DNA of 54,178 nucleotides, filler included, from Theionarchaea archaeon (GTDB taxonomy: Archaea; Methanobacteriota_B; Thermococci; Methanofastidiosales; SZ-28-30): NCBI GenBank assembly GCA_018992565.1. It is 4 parts of 4 records of this genome, joined end to end, with 100 filler letters (N's around TTAATTAATTAA, not from the genome) between each part and the next. Parts side by side here need not be neighbours in the genome. Positions count along the whole stretch, not along the records: positions 1 to 22,994 come from JACVGW010000043.1; 3 more parts are not named here. One strand, given 5' to 3'. Shown here piece after piece: positions 1 to 9,496 of the stretch. Numbering within the stretch: the first letter of the stretch is position 1; each line of letters starts with the position of its first letter. The notes under the pieces were generated by a model, which was given only the letters and a program-made list of their open reading frames with translations, was not told the origin of the DNA and searched no databases. The translations under genes and the position numbers were made by a program.

Positions 1-68
1 ATAACAGCACCCATAGCAGCTTCTATCTTGGCCACCGAAAGAACGTCAAATTTCTTGATTTCTTGCAC
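1..68 (-). CDS. Partial (5' end only) small membrane protein, DUF3566-like
   Basis: GTG at 68 after a GGTGGT RBS-like motif reads MQEIKKFDVLSVAKIEAAMGAV and runs off the window; resembles the DUF3566 N-terminus; not in the ORF track. Confidence 0.45.
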   Translation of the reverse strand, partial: MQEIKKFDVLSVAKIEAAMGAV

Positions 69-418
69 TAAACCACCAGGCCTCCTACCACTTCCACCCT
101 TTTAAGGGTTCTCCAATCAGGTAAGGCTCCAACTAGTGAAGAGAGGTGTAGTCTGGTTCAGTGAAACTGTTCGCACATTTCAAATAAGCATACTGCACCT
201 CTACAACCTCTTTTCATGCATCTCAATGAGCTTTGAATCTGGTATAGTTCAAGAAAAAAAACCTTCGGAGAATATTACAACAACACAGATGAAAAGAAAA
301 GATTTTAAAGTGTAGCTGTGGATTATTTCTCTTTTTTTAACCAAGTGGCCTATTTTCTGAACGGTTGGATAATCGTTTTACAGCAACATTAAAAAGGATA
401 ATTCTGCAGAATATCGTC

Positions 419-1702
419 ATGAATGTTTGCGTCATAGGATTGGGATACGTAGGACTTCCTTTCTGTATCGCTTTTTCCAAACGCCATACAGTATTCGGCT
501 TTGATATCAGTGAAGAGCGAGTCTCCCAGCTTAGTGAAGGAACCTCTTACGTGGAAGACATATCTGACCCGGAGCTGAAAGAAGTGCTGGGGAAGACCTT
601 TTTCCCCACCAACGACCCTGAGAAAATCGAAAAGTCAGAATTCATTGTTATCTGTGTTCCTACCCCTATTGATGAAAAAAAATGCCCTGATTTATCCTAT
701 GTCGAGTCTGCATGCGAGACAGTCCGTGCCCACCTCAGAAAAGGACAAATCGTAATTCTAGAGAGCACTACTTACCCCGGGACCTCGGAAGAAGTCATGA
801 TCCCCATACTGGAGAAATCTGGCCTGAAAGCTGGCGTAGACTTCGGAGTTGCCTTTAGCCCTGAACGTATTGATCCTGGAAACCCGGACTACAAACTGGA
901 GAATACACCAAAAGTCATAGGGGCCCTCACTGAGAAAGACCTGAAGAGAACAACTGACCTGTACTCTACGGTTATCAAGGAGATCGTACCCGTGCGAAAC
1001 CTCAAGACGGCAGAGGCTTCAAAAATACTGGAAAATGTTTTCAGGGCAGCGAACATAGCATTGATCAATGAAATCTCCCTTATCTTTGAATCCATGGGGA
1101 TCAATGTGTGGGAAGTCATCGAAGCAGCTTCTTCAAAAAAGCCCAGTTCCTTCATGCCTCACTACCCAGGTATAGGTGTAGGTGGTCACTGTATACCCGT
1201 TGATCCGTACTACCTGTCCTGGAAGGCCAAGAAAGTGGGGCACTTCGCCAAGTTCATTGAATTGAGTGGAGAGATTAATGATTACATGTCCATGCATACA
1301 TTCTATATGATCTTGAATGCCTTGAAAGGGAGAAGAAAGGTGGAAGAGGCAAAGGTAGCCGTATTCGGGGTAGCCTACAAGAAGAATATTTCCGATGTAC
1401 GAGAATCCCCCGCCCTCAGGTTAATTGAATTGCTTGAGGAATACAGGATGAACGTGGTGTTTCATGATCCCTATGTCAAGGAAATTCGCACCAGGCACGG
1501 CGTGATGAAAGGGTTATCACTTGATGATGCTGCAGGGAATGCTGATTGCGTGGTATTTGCCGTTGATCACTCTGTGTTCAAGGACATTGATCTCGATCAT
1601 CTGAAGGAGATCATGAGGACCTCCATTATCGTTGACGGGAAGAATGTTCTTGACAGACCAGAAGGATTCCACTACTATGGAATCGGGAAGGTGAATATAT
1701 GA
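419..1702 (+). CDS. Nucleotide-sugar dehydrogenase (UDP-N-acetyl-hexosamine dehydrogenase, WecC/WbpA family)
   Basis: GLGYVG Rossmann motif, ESTTYPGT, SPERIDPG, GGHCIPVDP catalytic Cys; start moved to ATG 419, about 30 nt after an AT-rich box. Confidence 0.92.
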   Translation: MNVCVIGLGYVGLPFCIAFSKRHTVFGFDISEERVSQLSEGTSYVEDISDPELKEVLGKTFFPTNDPEKIEKSEFIVICVPTPIDEKKCPDLSYVESACETVRAHLRKGQIVILESTTYPGTSEEVMIPILEKSGLKAGVDFGVAFSPERIDPGNPDYKLENTPKVIGALTEKDLKRTTDLYSTVIKEIVPVRNLKTAEASKILENVFRAANIALINEISLIFESMGINVWEVIEAASSKKPSSFMPHYPGIGVGGHCIPVDPYYLSWKAKKVGHFAKFIELSGEINDYMSMHTFYMILNALKGRRKVEEAKVAVFGVAYKKNISDVRESPALRLIELLEEYRMNVVFHDPYVKEIRTRHGVMKGLSLDDAAGNADCVVFAVDHSVFKDIDLDHLKEIMRTSIIVDGKNVLDRPEGFHYYGIGKVNI

Positions 1703-2796
1703 AAATCTTGAGTGTCGTTGGGGCACGACCCAACTTTGTGAAGATGGCGCCTCTTGCCCGGCAGTTTGAAAAAAAGGGGTTCACCCATGTGCTGGTGCAT
1801 ACTGGCCAGCACTACGACTACAATATGTCAAATGTGTTTTTCAAAGACCTGGACTTACCCAATCCGGACAAGCATCTGGGAGTTGGCTCAGGTACGCATG
1901 GTGTGCAGACGGGAAGGATGATGGCTGAGCTGGAGAAAGAGCTTCTGGAGGAGAGCCCTGATCTTACCCTGGTAGTGGGTGATGTGAATTCTACACTGGC
2001 TGCTGCTATTGCTTCAGTGAAGCTGGGAATTCCGGTGGCTCACGTGGAGGCTGGGTACAGGAGTTTCGATATGCACATGCCTGAAGAGATTAACCGTGTG
2101 CTGGTGGATCGTATATCTCAGCTCTTGTTCGCTCCCACCGAGAATGCAGTATTGAACTTGATGAATGAAAGTATGAGGCGAGAGTCTATTCACTTTGTGG
2201 GGAATATTATGATCGAAGCACTTCTGGGGAATATTGAAAAAGCAGAAGATTCTCAGATCCTGAAGAACCTGGAACTTGCGAAGGGTGAATACTTTGTAGC
2301 TACCATTCACAGACCGCACAATGTGCAAAAGGAGAATTTGAAACTCATTCTGGAGATGCTTTCAGACGCGCCATTGCCAGTGGTGTTTCCCGCTCATCCC
2401 AGAACACGGGAAGCAATCAGCAGATACGGTCTGGATGATGTGATGACAGAACAAATTATGATAATCAAGGCACTGGGTTATCTGGATTTTATTGCACTGC
2501 TGTCGTCTGCAGCAGGTGTCATGACTGATTCAGGTGGTGTTCAGGAAGAGGCGCTGGTGTTGAAGATTCCCTGTTTGACACTGAGAGAGACAACAGAACG
2601 AATTGAAACAGTACGAGCAGGAGCAAACAGGCTGTGTGGATTGGACAGAGAAAAGGTCAGAACTGGGCTGAGAGAAGCTCTGGAGAACCAGTGGCGATTT
2701 GAGATACCTCTCTTCTGGGATAACCGCGTCTCAGAGAGAATTGCTGACGTCATTGAACAGGAAGACTTCTCCATACCGGGACATTCCATGCTGTAA
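1699..2796 (+). CDS. wecB: UDP-N-acetylglucosamine 2-epimerase (non-hydrolysing)
   Basis: VVGARPNFVK, HTGQHYD, HVEAG, PEEINR, TDSGGVQEEA motifs; ATGA overlap with the upstream gene. Confidence 0.95.
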   Translation: MKILSVVGARPNFVKMAPLARQFEKKGFTHVLVHTGQHYDYNMSNVFFKDLDLPNPDKHLGVGSGTHGVQTGRMMAELEKELLEESPDLTLVVGDVNSTLAAAIASVKLGIPVAHVEAGYRSFDMHMPEEINRVLVDRISQLLFAPTENAVLNLMNESMRRESIHFVGNIMIEALLGNIEKAEDSQILKNLELAKGEYFVATIHRPHNVQKENLKLILEMLSDAPLPVVFPAHPRTREAISRYGLDDVMTEQIMIIKALGYLDFIALLSSAAGVMTDSGGVQEEALVLKIPCLTLRETTERIETVRAGANRLCGLDREKVRTGLREALENQWRFEIPLFWDNRVSERIADVIEQEDFSIPGHSML

Positions 2797-2945
2797 GATG
2801 AGGGATGTTCCTGGAGGCCTGTTTTCTCATCTTTTCCCCTCGATTCACAGGATGAAATCACCTGCCAGTGGTAGTTCCTGTACCGTGAGTTGCCCTTCCC
2901 TGACTCCACAAGACTTATATATGTTGAAAAGCCAAAACAAAGAAG

Positions 2946-3659
2946 ATGCGAGTCAAAACTGGAATTGAAGAACTGGACAGCAAATTAGGGGGAGGATTCT
3001 ACAGAGGTTCCACAGTGGTGGTGTCTGGTCCCCCCGCCGTGGGTAAGACAATTCTGGGACTGCAATTCCTCTTTAATGGTGCCCGCAAATTCGGAGAGAA
3101 GGGGGCATACATCACGCTCTCTGAACCTGTTTCCAAGACAATGACATTTTGTGAGAAGCTCAATTTCTATGATAATTCCCTTGTTGAAGACGGAATGATC
3201 ACCTTCATGGATCTGGGGCCCATCATGATGCGTCACAACATTGACATCAGGTCTGTGCTCCACGAGGTAGGGCTCCTCATGGATCGAATTCTCCCTGAAC
3301 GAATTGTTGTCGATCCAATCACTATCATTTCTTTTGCAGTGAGAGACGCGTATGAAAGCAGAATTGCTATCCTGCGCATGGCAGGTGTCATTTCTTCTAT
3401 GTCTTCCACCTCGATTTTAATATCTGAAGCAAATGAAATGACGGGAATTCCTTTTTTCCCCATTGAGGAGTTCATTGCAGATGCTGTACTGCGCATGGCT
3501 GTTCAGCAAGGAGATATGGCCAAGGAGTTTGAAAGAATGATGCAGATACGTAAGCTGAGGGGCTCTGACCATGAGCGTCGATGGATCAGGTACAGCATCA
3601 CTGAAGAAGGTATCGTAGGGATCGGGGCTGACGTGGCAGAAGTCCTCTTTAAGAAATGA
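2946..3659 (+). CDS. Single-domain KaiC/RAD55-like RecA-superfamily ATPase
   Basis: TGIEELD-x3-GGG, Walker A GPPAVGKT, RIVVD Walker B, IRKLRGS motif. Confidence 0.9.
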   Translation: MRVKTGIEELDSKLGGGFYRGSTVVVSGPPAVGKTILGLQFLFNGARKFGEKGAYITLSEPVSKTMTFCEKLNFYDNSLVEDGMITFMDLGPIMMRHNIDIRSVLHEVGLLMDRILPERIVVDPITIISFAVRDAYESRIAILRMAGVISSMSSTSILISEANEMTGIPFFPIEEFIADAVLRMAVQQGDMAKEFERMMQIRKLRGSDHERRWIRYSITEEGIVGIGADVAEVLFKK

Positions 3660-3668
3660 GGTGATACA

Positions 3669-4028
3669 GTGAGCCCGCCTTCACGATCGTATACAGGCCC
3701 TCGATTTCTTCTGAAGAAGTCTTTTACCTCAGACGACCTGGCAGCAGGTGATGGATATACGGCCTTTAAATGGTTCTATTCCCGGGGAAAAGAGACTATT
3801 CCCAGAAGAAATGACCACTTCATCGTCTATGTCACTGCCAGAACATCAAGGGGGAGCTGGTTTAAAGCTCAGGTTTCAATCCCTGTCACCTTTGGTGAAC
3901 CCTGGAGAGAGTCACTGAAACAGAGAATTGAACACGAACTGAGAACTAACCTGGATCTCATGGGAGTCTTTTTAAGTGACTATGATGTAGAATGGGCTAG
4001 AGGATTCCAACTCTCATGGGAGGACTAG
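3669..4028 (+). CDS. Hypothetical protein
   Basis: GAGGTGA RBS before GTG; fills the space between co-oriented genes. Confidence 0.7.
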   Translation: MSPPSRSYTGPRFLLKKSFTSDDLAAGDGYTAFKWFYSRGKETIPRRNDHFIVYVTARTSRGSWFKAQVSIPVTFGEPWRESLKQRIEHELRTNLDLMGVFLSDYDVEWARGFQLSWED

Positions 4029-4032
4029 AAAG

Positions 4033-4458
4033 ATGAATACCAGCAAAGACCTGGATTATGCCAGAAGAGAATTTGAAGATAGGAAGATGGCTTTTGTCAT
4101 GGTGAAGAACGGAAAAGTGCTGGCTCAGTCAAAAGAAAAGGGAGTAGCTCCTTTTTTTTCTGCTGTAGTCAGGAACAAGGTGGATGGAGCAAGTCTTGCA
4201 GACAAGATCATAGGAAAAGCTGTAGCATCACTGTGTGCATACAGGGGGATTGCTGCAGTATACACTCCCGTGGTCAGTGAACCTGCTGTCTCTGTACTGG
4301 AAGAGAATCAGGTCTCATGGCAAGCAGAGCAGGTTGTGCCCATGATCATAAATAGAACGGGCGATGGCCAATGCCCCATTGAGAGCGCCATTGTAGCTGC
4401 CACCACACCTGAAGAAGCATATCTCATCCTCAAGAGAAAATTCGAGGGAGTAGAATGA
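4033..4458 (+). CDS. DUF1893 (TM1506-like) protein
   Basis: GVAP, ADKIIGKA, SEPA, IINRTGDGQCPIE motifs. Confidence 0.85.
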   Translation: MNTSKDLDYARREFEDRKMAFVMVKNGKVLAQSKEKGVAPFFSAVVRNKVDGASLADKIIGKAVASLCAYRGIAAVYTPVVSEPAVSVLEENQVSWQAEQVVPMIINRTGDGQCPIESAIVAATTPEEAYLILKRKFEGVE

Positions 4459-4982
4459 AGTGCAAGAACTGCGGACATGAAATAGACAATGTCTGGGGAT
4501 TTTGTCCCCACTGTGGAGACTTTGCAGGGGGATTGGAAGACAGCTTCATGAATATTGCTCGTATGTTTGGGGGAAAAGTAGTAATAAAGCAAGAAGGCGA
4601 CTCCTTTGTTGTGGTTCTGGAAATTCAAGGAACACGACAGGCCTTCAGGGTAACACCCGTTGATCTGGATGAGCTCTCTCACAGCCCTCTCCCTGAGCCA
4701 CCAGAACTGGAAGAACCCCCCCATGTAACCCGGCGATTTAGCAGGACTGAAGAGCCTGAAACGGATGTCAATTTTGCAGGGGATAACCTGTACATCAGGG
4801 TAACATTGGCTGATGTCCCGGAAGAGAACGTAGAAATTGACAGACTGGAAGAATCGATAGAAGTGAGGGCCTATAAAGGAAGAACTCGTTTTTTCAAGTT
4901 GATACCCGTCCCCCGTGAATATCAACTAGTTTCTAAGGAATTTTTGCCAGGAGAAGCTTTTATTGTCCTGAAGAAGAAGTGA
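4455..4982 (+). CDS. Zinc-ribbon plus Hsp20/alpha-crystallin-like domain protein
   Basis: N-terminal CKNCG...FCPHCG; C-terminal EPETDV...IEVRAY...FFKLIPVP typical of archaeal Hsp20-like proteins. Confidence 0.75.
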   Translation: MKCKNCGHEIDNVWGFCPHCGDFAGGLEDSFMNIARMFGGKVVIKQEGDSFVVVLEIQGTRQAFRVTPVDLDELSHSPLPEPPELEEPPHVTRRFSRTEEPETDVNFAGDNLYIRVTLADVPEENVEIDRLEESIEVRAYKGRTRFFKLIPVPREYQLVSKEFLPGEAFIVLKKK

Positions 4983-5082
4983 GCAGGGACGTCACGTTGT
5001 GAACGTGTGCTCAGAAGAGAATGTATACTGAAAGGTCAACTATTATATAAGGTGACTGCATTCTCAAAGCGAGGTTGATGAG

Positions 5083-5460
5083 ATGGTAAAAGTGTCCACG
5101 GTAGAAGTGCTGACAACCCTCCTGAGGAATCTGGAAGCCAGCCTGCCAGATATTGAAGCTTCTGCCGTGATAACAGTGGACGGGTTTATGGTGGCTTCAG
5201 CTTTGCCTCCTGAGCTGGAAGAGGATCGAGTAGCTGCCCTGTCTGCTGCCATGCTGCTGCTGGGAAAGAAAACAGCCAAAGAATTGGAGAAGGGAGAACT
5301 TTCAGAAGTATTTGTTGGAGGAGAAAACGGCTCAGTAGTACTGATTGCTTCAGGTGAGAGTGCGGTCCTGACTGCCCTGGTCAGGAAAGATGCCAAGCTG
5401 GGATTGGTTTTTCTGGATATGAAGAGGACAGCTGACGATGTGTCCGGAGTCTTGAGGTGA
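5083..5460 (+). CDS. Roadblock/LC7 (MglB-like) domain protein
   Basis: DIEASAVITVDGFMVASALP, EDRVAALSAAMLLLG, AKLGLVFLDM. Confidence 0.92.
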   Translation: MVKVSTVEVLTTLLRNLEASLPDIEASAVITVDGFMVASALPPELEEDRVAALSAAMLLLGKKTAKELEKGELSEVFVGGENGSVVLIASGESAVLTALVRKDAKLGLVFLDMKRTADDVSGVLR

Positions 5461-5538
5461 GGCTACGGGTGGCATTGGATCTCTCTTGCCATTTAGAACC
5501 TGACTGAAGTTGAAAAACGGTAGGGAACTGATTCTAAT

Positions 5539-6840
5539 CTATTTCCCGTATTCTTTGACAAAGCTGGGGTGCCAGTGACAATAGATGCTACGCATCACAA
5601 CAAGAACTGCTACAATTCCTGCAATGACTCCCAGGGTTACAGGGTCTTCTGCATATAAGTCGTACGCCAGCATGCATACTGCTGCTATGCATCCTGCAGT
5701 TCCTGAGAGAGGAAGAACTCTCATCCAGCCTGAGTACTCCCTGTGAATGTACGCTGAGAGGTTGACCACACTGAACACAGACAGAAACACGAGACTGGAA
5801 AATCCCACAATTTCATGGAGATCGCCGACAAATTGAATGACAATTGCACACCCACTGGCCAGAATAAGAAACCACACAGGAACACCCCCAACCTGCCTCT
5901 CAGTCAAACGGGGAGGTAGCTGGCGAATCCTGGAAATTCGATCTGCCAATCTGGAGACCGAGAACAACGTAGCATTAATAGCAGAGGCTGTGGAGAATAC
6001 CGCAGCTACCAGGACCATTACCACCCCAGTTCTCCCCAGAAGAGGCTGCGCCACATAAGCCAGAACGATTTCTTTTTTTCCTGCAATGTCCTGGTTGGTT
6101 AAGGACCCTGTCGTGACAAATGCAATGGTCATGTACACTGCAGTTACCACAGGAATCGATATCCAGATAGCCCGCGGCAGATTACGCCGGGGATGGTCAA
6201 TGTCCTCAAAATCGTAGGTGAGCAGTTGAAACCCTTCATACGCTACGAAAACCAGGGCTGCAGCAGTAACCACTCTAGACATGGAGTATTCAAGAATGGG
6301 AAATGCTTCTTCCTGTCTCACTGTCAGGAATCCTACTGCTGCCACCACTATCAGGATGGAAAGCTTTGCATATACGAGAATGTCCTCTGAAAGTCCTGAT
6401 TCACGGACTCCCAAAAGGTTGATCACAGCAAAAAAAGCCACAATTCCTCCACCAAGGTATCCGTTGAAAGCAGGATCAAGACCCAGCAATGTTCCTGCAT
6501 AGGCTCCGAAGGTGTATGAATACAAGCTCATGGTAAAAATGTAGCCCAGCAATAGAAACCACCCAAGTGTCCCAGATACCCTGGGCCCTGCAATTTTCTC
6601 CACAAACAGGAAGCTGCCACCCGCCTGGTTGAAACTCAGGGTAAGACGAGAATATGATATGCCGGTGACAAAAGCAAGGATGCCTGCCAAACCGAAGCTG
6701 ATGAAAGCTGCATTTCCACTCTGGTGAACAGCTTCTCCCAGGACAGCAAAAATACCTCCTCCGACCATGCCTCCAATTGCCATACCCACTGCGTCTCTGA
6801 GGGTCAGTTTCTCCTGAGAAGAGGTGTTGGGGGGTTTCAT
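5539..6840 (-). CDS. APC-family amino acid permease
   Basis: GGMVGGGIF in TM1, FVAYEGF in TM6, about 12 hydrophobic segments. Confidence 0.9.
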   Translation of the reverse strand: MKPPNTSSQEKLTLRDAVGMAIGGMVGGGIFAVLGEAVHQSGNAAFISFGLAGILAFVTGISYSRLTLSFNQAGGSFLFVEKIAGPRVSGTLGWFLLLGYIFTMSLYSYTFGAYAGTLLGLDPAFNGYLGGGIVAFFAVINLLGVRESGLSEDILVYAKLSILIVVAAVGFLTVRQEEAFPILEYSMSRVVTAAALVFVAYEGFQLLTYDFEDIDHPRRNLPRAIWISIPVVTAVYMTIAFVTTGSLTNQDIAGKKEIVLAYVAQPLLGRTGVVMVLVAAVFSTASAINATLFSVSRLADRISRIRQLPPRLTERQVGGVPVWFLILASGCAIVIQFVGDLHEIVGFSSLVFLSVFSVVNLSAYIHREYSGWMRVLPLSGTAGCIAAVCMLAYDLYAEDPVTLGVIAGIVAVLVVMRSIYCHWHPSFVKEYGK

Positions 6841-6994
6841 GCTTGCATGTGTCTTTAAGGAGGTACCTTTTAAATATTCCCTCTCTGATCTGCCGCCTTT
6901 TCTAAGCTGCCAGAGAATGAGTAAATACTGCCCAGAATACTCACCCGCCTAACCAGGTGAAGAAATGCTCATCAGATTCTGGAATGTGCCTGGT

Positions 6995-7681
6995 TCATGA
7001 TTTAACATAGTCTGTCAGCGTTTTCTGAAAGGGTATAGGCCCGGGTTCAACAACATATACAGTGTATGCATCGAAAAACCCGCATCTGAAGGCATCAAGG
7101 TTGATTCTCAGCCGGGCAGAGAGCATCCGGGTATACCAGTAGACCTGACAGCAGGCAAATATCTCCTGAGATGCATACGGTTTGTAATCCCATACTTCAA
7201 CCTTATCAGTTAACCTGACCAGATCGATGTGACCTGTAAGGTTAGAATCAAACATGTGAGATTCCCGGGGTGTCATCCACACCGGTACCTCTACAGCCAC
7301 ACTGGCTCTGTCTGAAAGCATGAGAAAAGCTTGCATCCGTTGATGCCTGCTCCCCTCAAGAGAAATCCGATGGCACTGTTTTGCAAACTCCCTCAGAGGA
7401 TGATCCACAGAGTATGAGTTCACCATGGGAAACCGCATTCCAGAAGCACGGGGGGGACTGGAGAACCCATCGGGGAGACGGCTGTTGAGAAGACCTCTAG
7501 CATAGTCTAAGAATCGATTCTTGTATCTATTCTCTGAGTTCACTATCTTCTCCTCATCGAATGAAAACGTATATGGTATTCCGTGCTGGAAGGTCCTGTC
7601 CACTCTCATTGTCATCCTTTCCTGTAAAGTGTGCAATTTCTTGAAAGTAAGTAAACCCGTACTTATACTTTTCGGTTCCAC
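6995..7681 (-). CDS. PD-(D/E)XK nuclease-superfamily protein
   Basis: AVEVPVW...TGHIDLV...VWDYKP...QVYWY RecB/Cas4-like motif order; start uncertain. Confidence 0.75.
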   Translation of the reverse strand: MEPKSISTGLLTFKKLHTLQERMTMRVDRTFQHGIPYTFSFDEEKIVNSENRYKNRFLDYARGLLNSRLPDGFSSPPRASGMRFPMVNSYSVDHPLREFAKQCHRISLEGSRHQRMQAFLMLSDRASVAVEVPVWMTPRESHMFDSNLTGHIDLVRLTDKVEVWDYKPYASQEIFACCQVYWYTRMLSARLRINLDAFRCGFFDAYTVYVVEPGPIPFQKTLTDYVKS

Positions 7682-7815
7682 ACATTGTTCAATTAATAAC
7701 CATATAGTTCAGGTAGTCCCTGTCACATCAAACACCAGCCCTTTTCCGGGGGTTCCATTGAGAACATGAACCAGTGCAAAAAAGAAAATGGATTGTATAA
7801 AGAAGAGCCTGAGCC

Positions 7816-8610
7816 TCACGGTTTCCTCAACATGTCTTCCAGGTCCTTCTTGATTTCCTGATAGCGTTCTTCTGCAACCTCTCCTCTCGCTCTCCTGAGC
7901 TTCAGAGTACGCAGTGCATCTTCCACATCATTTCCTTTTTCTGCCTTGTACCCCTTCATCAGGTATGATGCAATAGTCCCTGAGAGGACACCGATCAACC
8001 CAATACCGGTGAACATCAAAATGACACCTATGACCTTTCCCAGCGGAGTGATGGGAACCTTATCACCATACCCCACGGTAGTGACTGTCACAATGCTCCA
8101 CCACAGGGCATCACCAGCACTCTCAATTTCTGGGTTGACTCTGCCTTCAAAGAGGTAGATACCAAAAGCAGACATCAGGAGAATAGTCATGAGAATAAGA
8201 AACGCATACTGGAGCTCATTTTTCACAAATCGCTTCTTGTACAGCCTGGAAAACCGTTTCAACAGTGAGTAGACCCGCACCAACCGGAACAATCGCAAGA
8301 TCCTGAAAGTCCTTGATATGTTGAAGATGGTGAAGGGAATCATTCCAGGTATTTCAAGCCAGTGTGTCTTGAAGAACATTACTCTGTCTTTTTCCTTCCA
8401 GAGTCTTCCAAAGAACTCCACGATGAACACCATACAAATCCAGAAGTCCAGTCTGTGAATGAGGGTGACTTTGGCTCTGACTTCCTCCACTCCTTCGCGA
8501 GCAACGTCTTCGGAGGAAATAGTCATTTCATAGAAGAGGAGAAAGACCGTTAAAAGGGCGAGAGTTATCATTGTCAGGTCCCAGTAAAGGGCCAGTTTCT
8601 CTCTGTTCAT
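7816..8610 (-). CDS. Voltage-gated potassium channel with a C-terminal SHOCT-like helix pair
   Basis: S4 segment RTFRILRLFRLVR, selectivity filter TTVGYGD, tail LRTLKLRRARGEVAEERY. Confidence 0.92.
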   Translation of the reverse strand: MNREKLALYWDLTMITLALLTVFLLFYEMTISSEDVAREGVEEVRAKVTLIHRLDFWICMVFIVEFFGRLWKEKDRVMFFKTHWLEIPGMIPFTIFNISRTFRILRLFRLVRVYSLLKRFSRLYKKRFVKNELQYAFLILMTILLMSAFGIYLFEGRVNPEIESAGDALWWSIVTVTTVGYGDKVPITPLGKVIGVILMFTGIGLIGVLSGTIASYLMKGYKAEKGNDVEDALRTLKLRRARGEVAEERYQEIKKDLEDMLRKP

Positions 8611-8758
8611 AGGAGGGATGTCATCTCCAGGATTATAAGGGTTTGCATGGCACAGGGCAGGGCAAACTCAGAAATGTGCAGCTGGTACCAGGAGAATCCA
8701 GTCAAGTAACGTTCAGGAAAAGACCTCACGCTTAAATAGATGAGCTCTTAGAATTGAC

Positions 8759-9349
8759 ATGAGTTATAGAAGAAAGGATGGTTACTGGAGACAGGCCAAG
8801 AAGGAGGGGTACAGATCCCGGGCATCCTACAAATTAATGCAGCTAAATAGCACGTTCAGGCTTCTGAAAAAGGGGGACGCTGTCCTGGACATAGGATGTG
8901 CTCCTGGAGGGTGGATGCAGGCAGCGCGGGAAATAGTGGGAGATCCAGGGTACGTTTTAGGTATCGATCTGCAGAAGATTGCTCCTTTTGAGGAGGAGAA
9001 TGTAGAGGCTCTCCAGGCAGATATTACTCGCAGTGACATCCTGACCATAATCAGAGAACGAAAAGAAATGTTTGACGTAGTTATTTCTGATATATCTCCT
9101 AATATTTCCGGTATATGGGATGTAGACCACTTTAGATCTGTTGAACTCTCTGAAAAAGCACTTGATCTTGCCGTTGAGCTTCTACGAAACAGGGGGAACT
9201 TCCTGGTGAAAGTATTCCAGGGGGAAGCTACCCGGGATTTCTTTGAAAAAGTCAAGGCTCACTTTTCCTATGCCAAGATCTCCTCACCCAAGGCCTCCCG
9301 TAAATCATCAGCAGAAGTGTATGTCATAGGGAAGCACTTTTCCAGGTGA
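8759..9349 (+). CDS. rlmE: 23S rRNA 2'-O-methyltransferase RlmE/FtsJ
   Basis: GYRSRASYKL, DIGCAPGGW, KVFQG, PKASRKSSAEVY. Confidence 0.95.
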   Translation: MSYRRKDGYWRQAKKEGYRSRASYKLMQLNSTFRLLKKGDAVLDIGCAPGGWMQAAREIVGDPGYVLGIDLQKIAPFEEENVEALQADITRSDILTIIRERKEMFDVVISDISPNISGIWDVDHFRSVELSEKALDLAVELLRNRGNFLVKVFQGEATRDFFEKVKAHFSYAKISSPKASRKSSAEVYVIGKHFSR

Positions 9350-9407
9350 TGAGCTGTCTTTCTGCGGCATCTGAAGCAGCATTGATGATCAGAAGTCTTC
9401 ACACTCA
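9346..9407 (+). ncRNA. Possible box C/D-like sRNA or K-turn element overlapping the rlmE stop codon
   Basis: GTGATGA (9346-52), CTGA (9371-74), TTGATGA (9382-88), degenerate CTCA (9404-07). Confidence 0.3.
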
Positions 9408-9496
9408 AAGCATACGCCCAAAAGAGGTCAATCTGTCAAACATCAATGACGCAACCTTTTTATAGTATTCTGGAAAGTCTCATCTGAGGTGATCTT

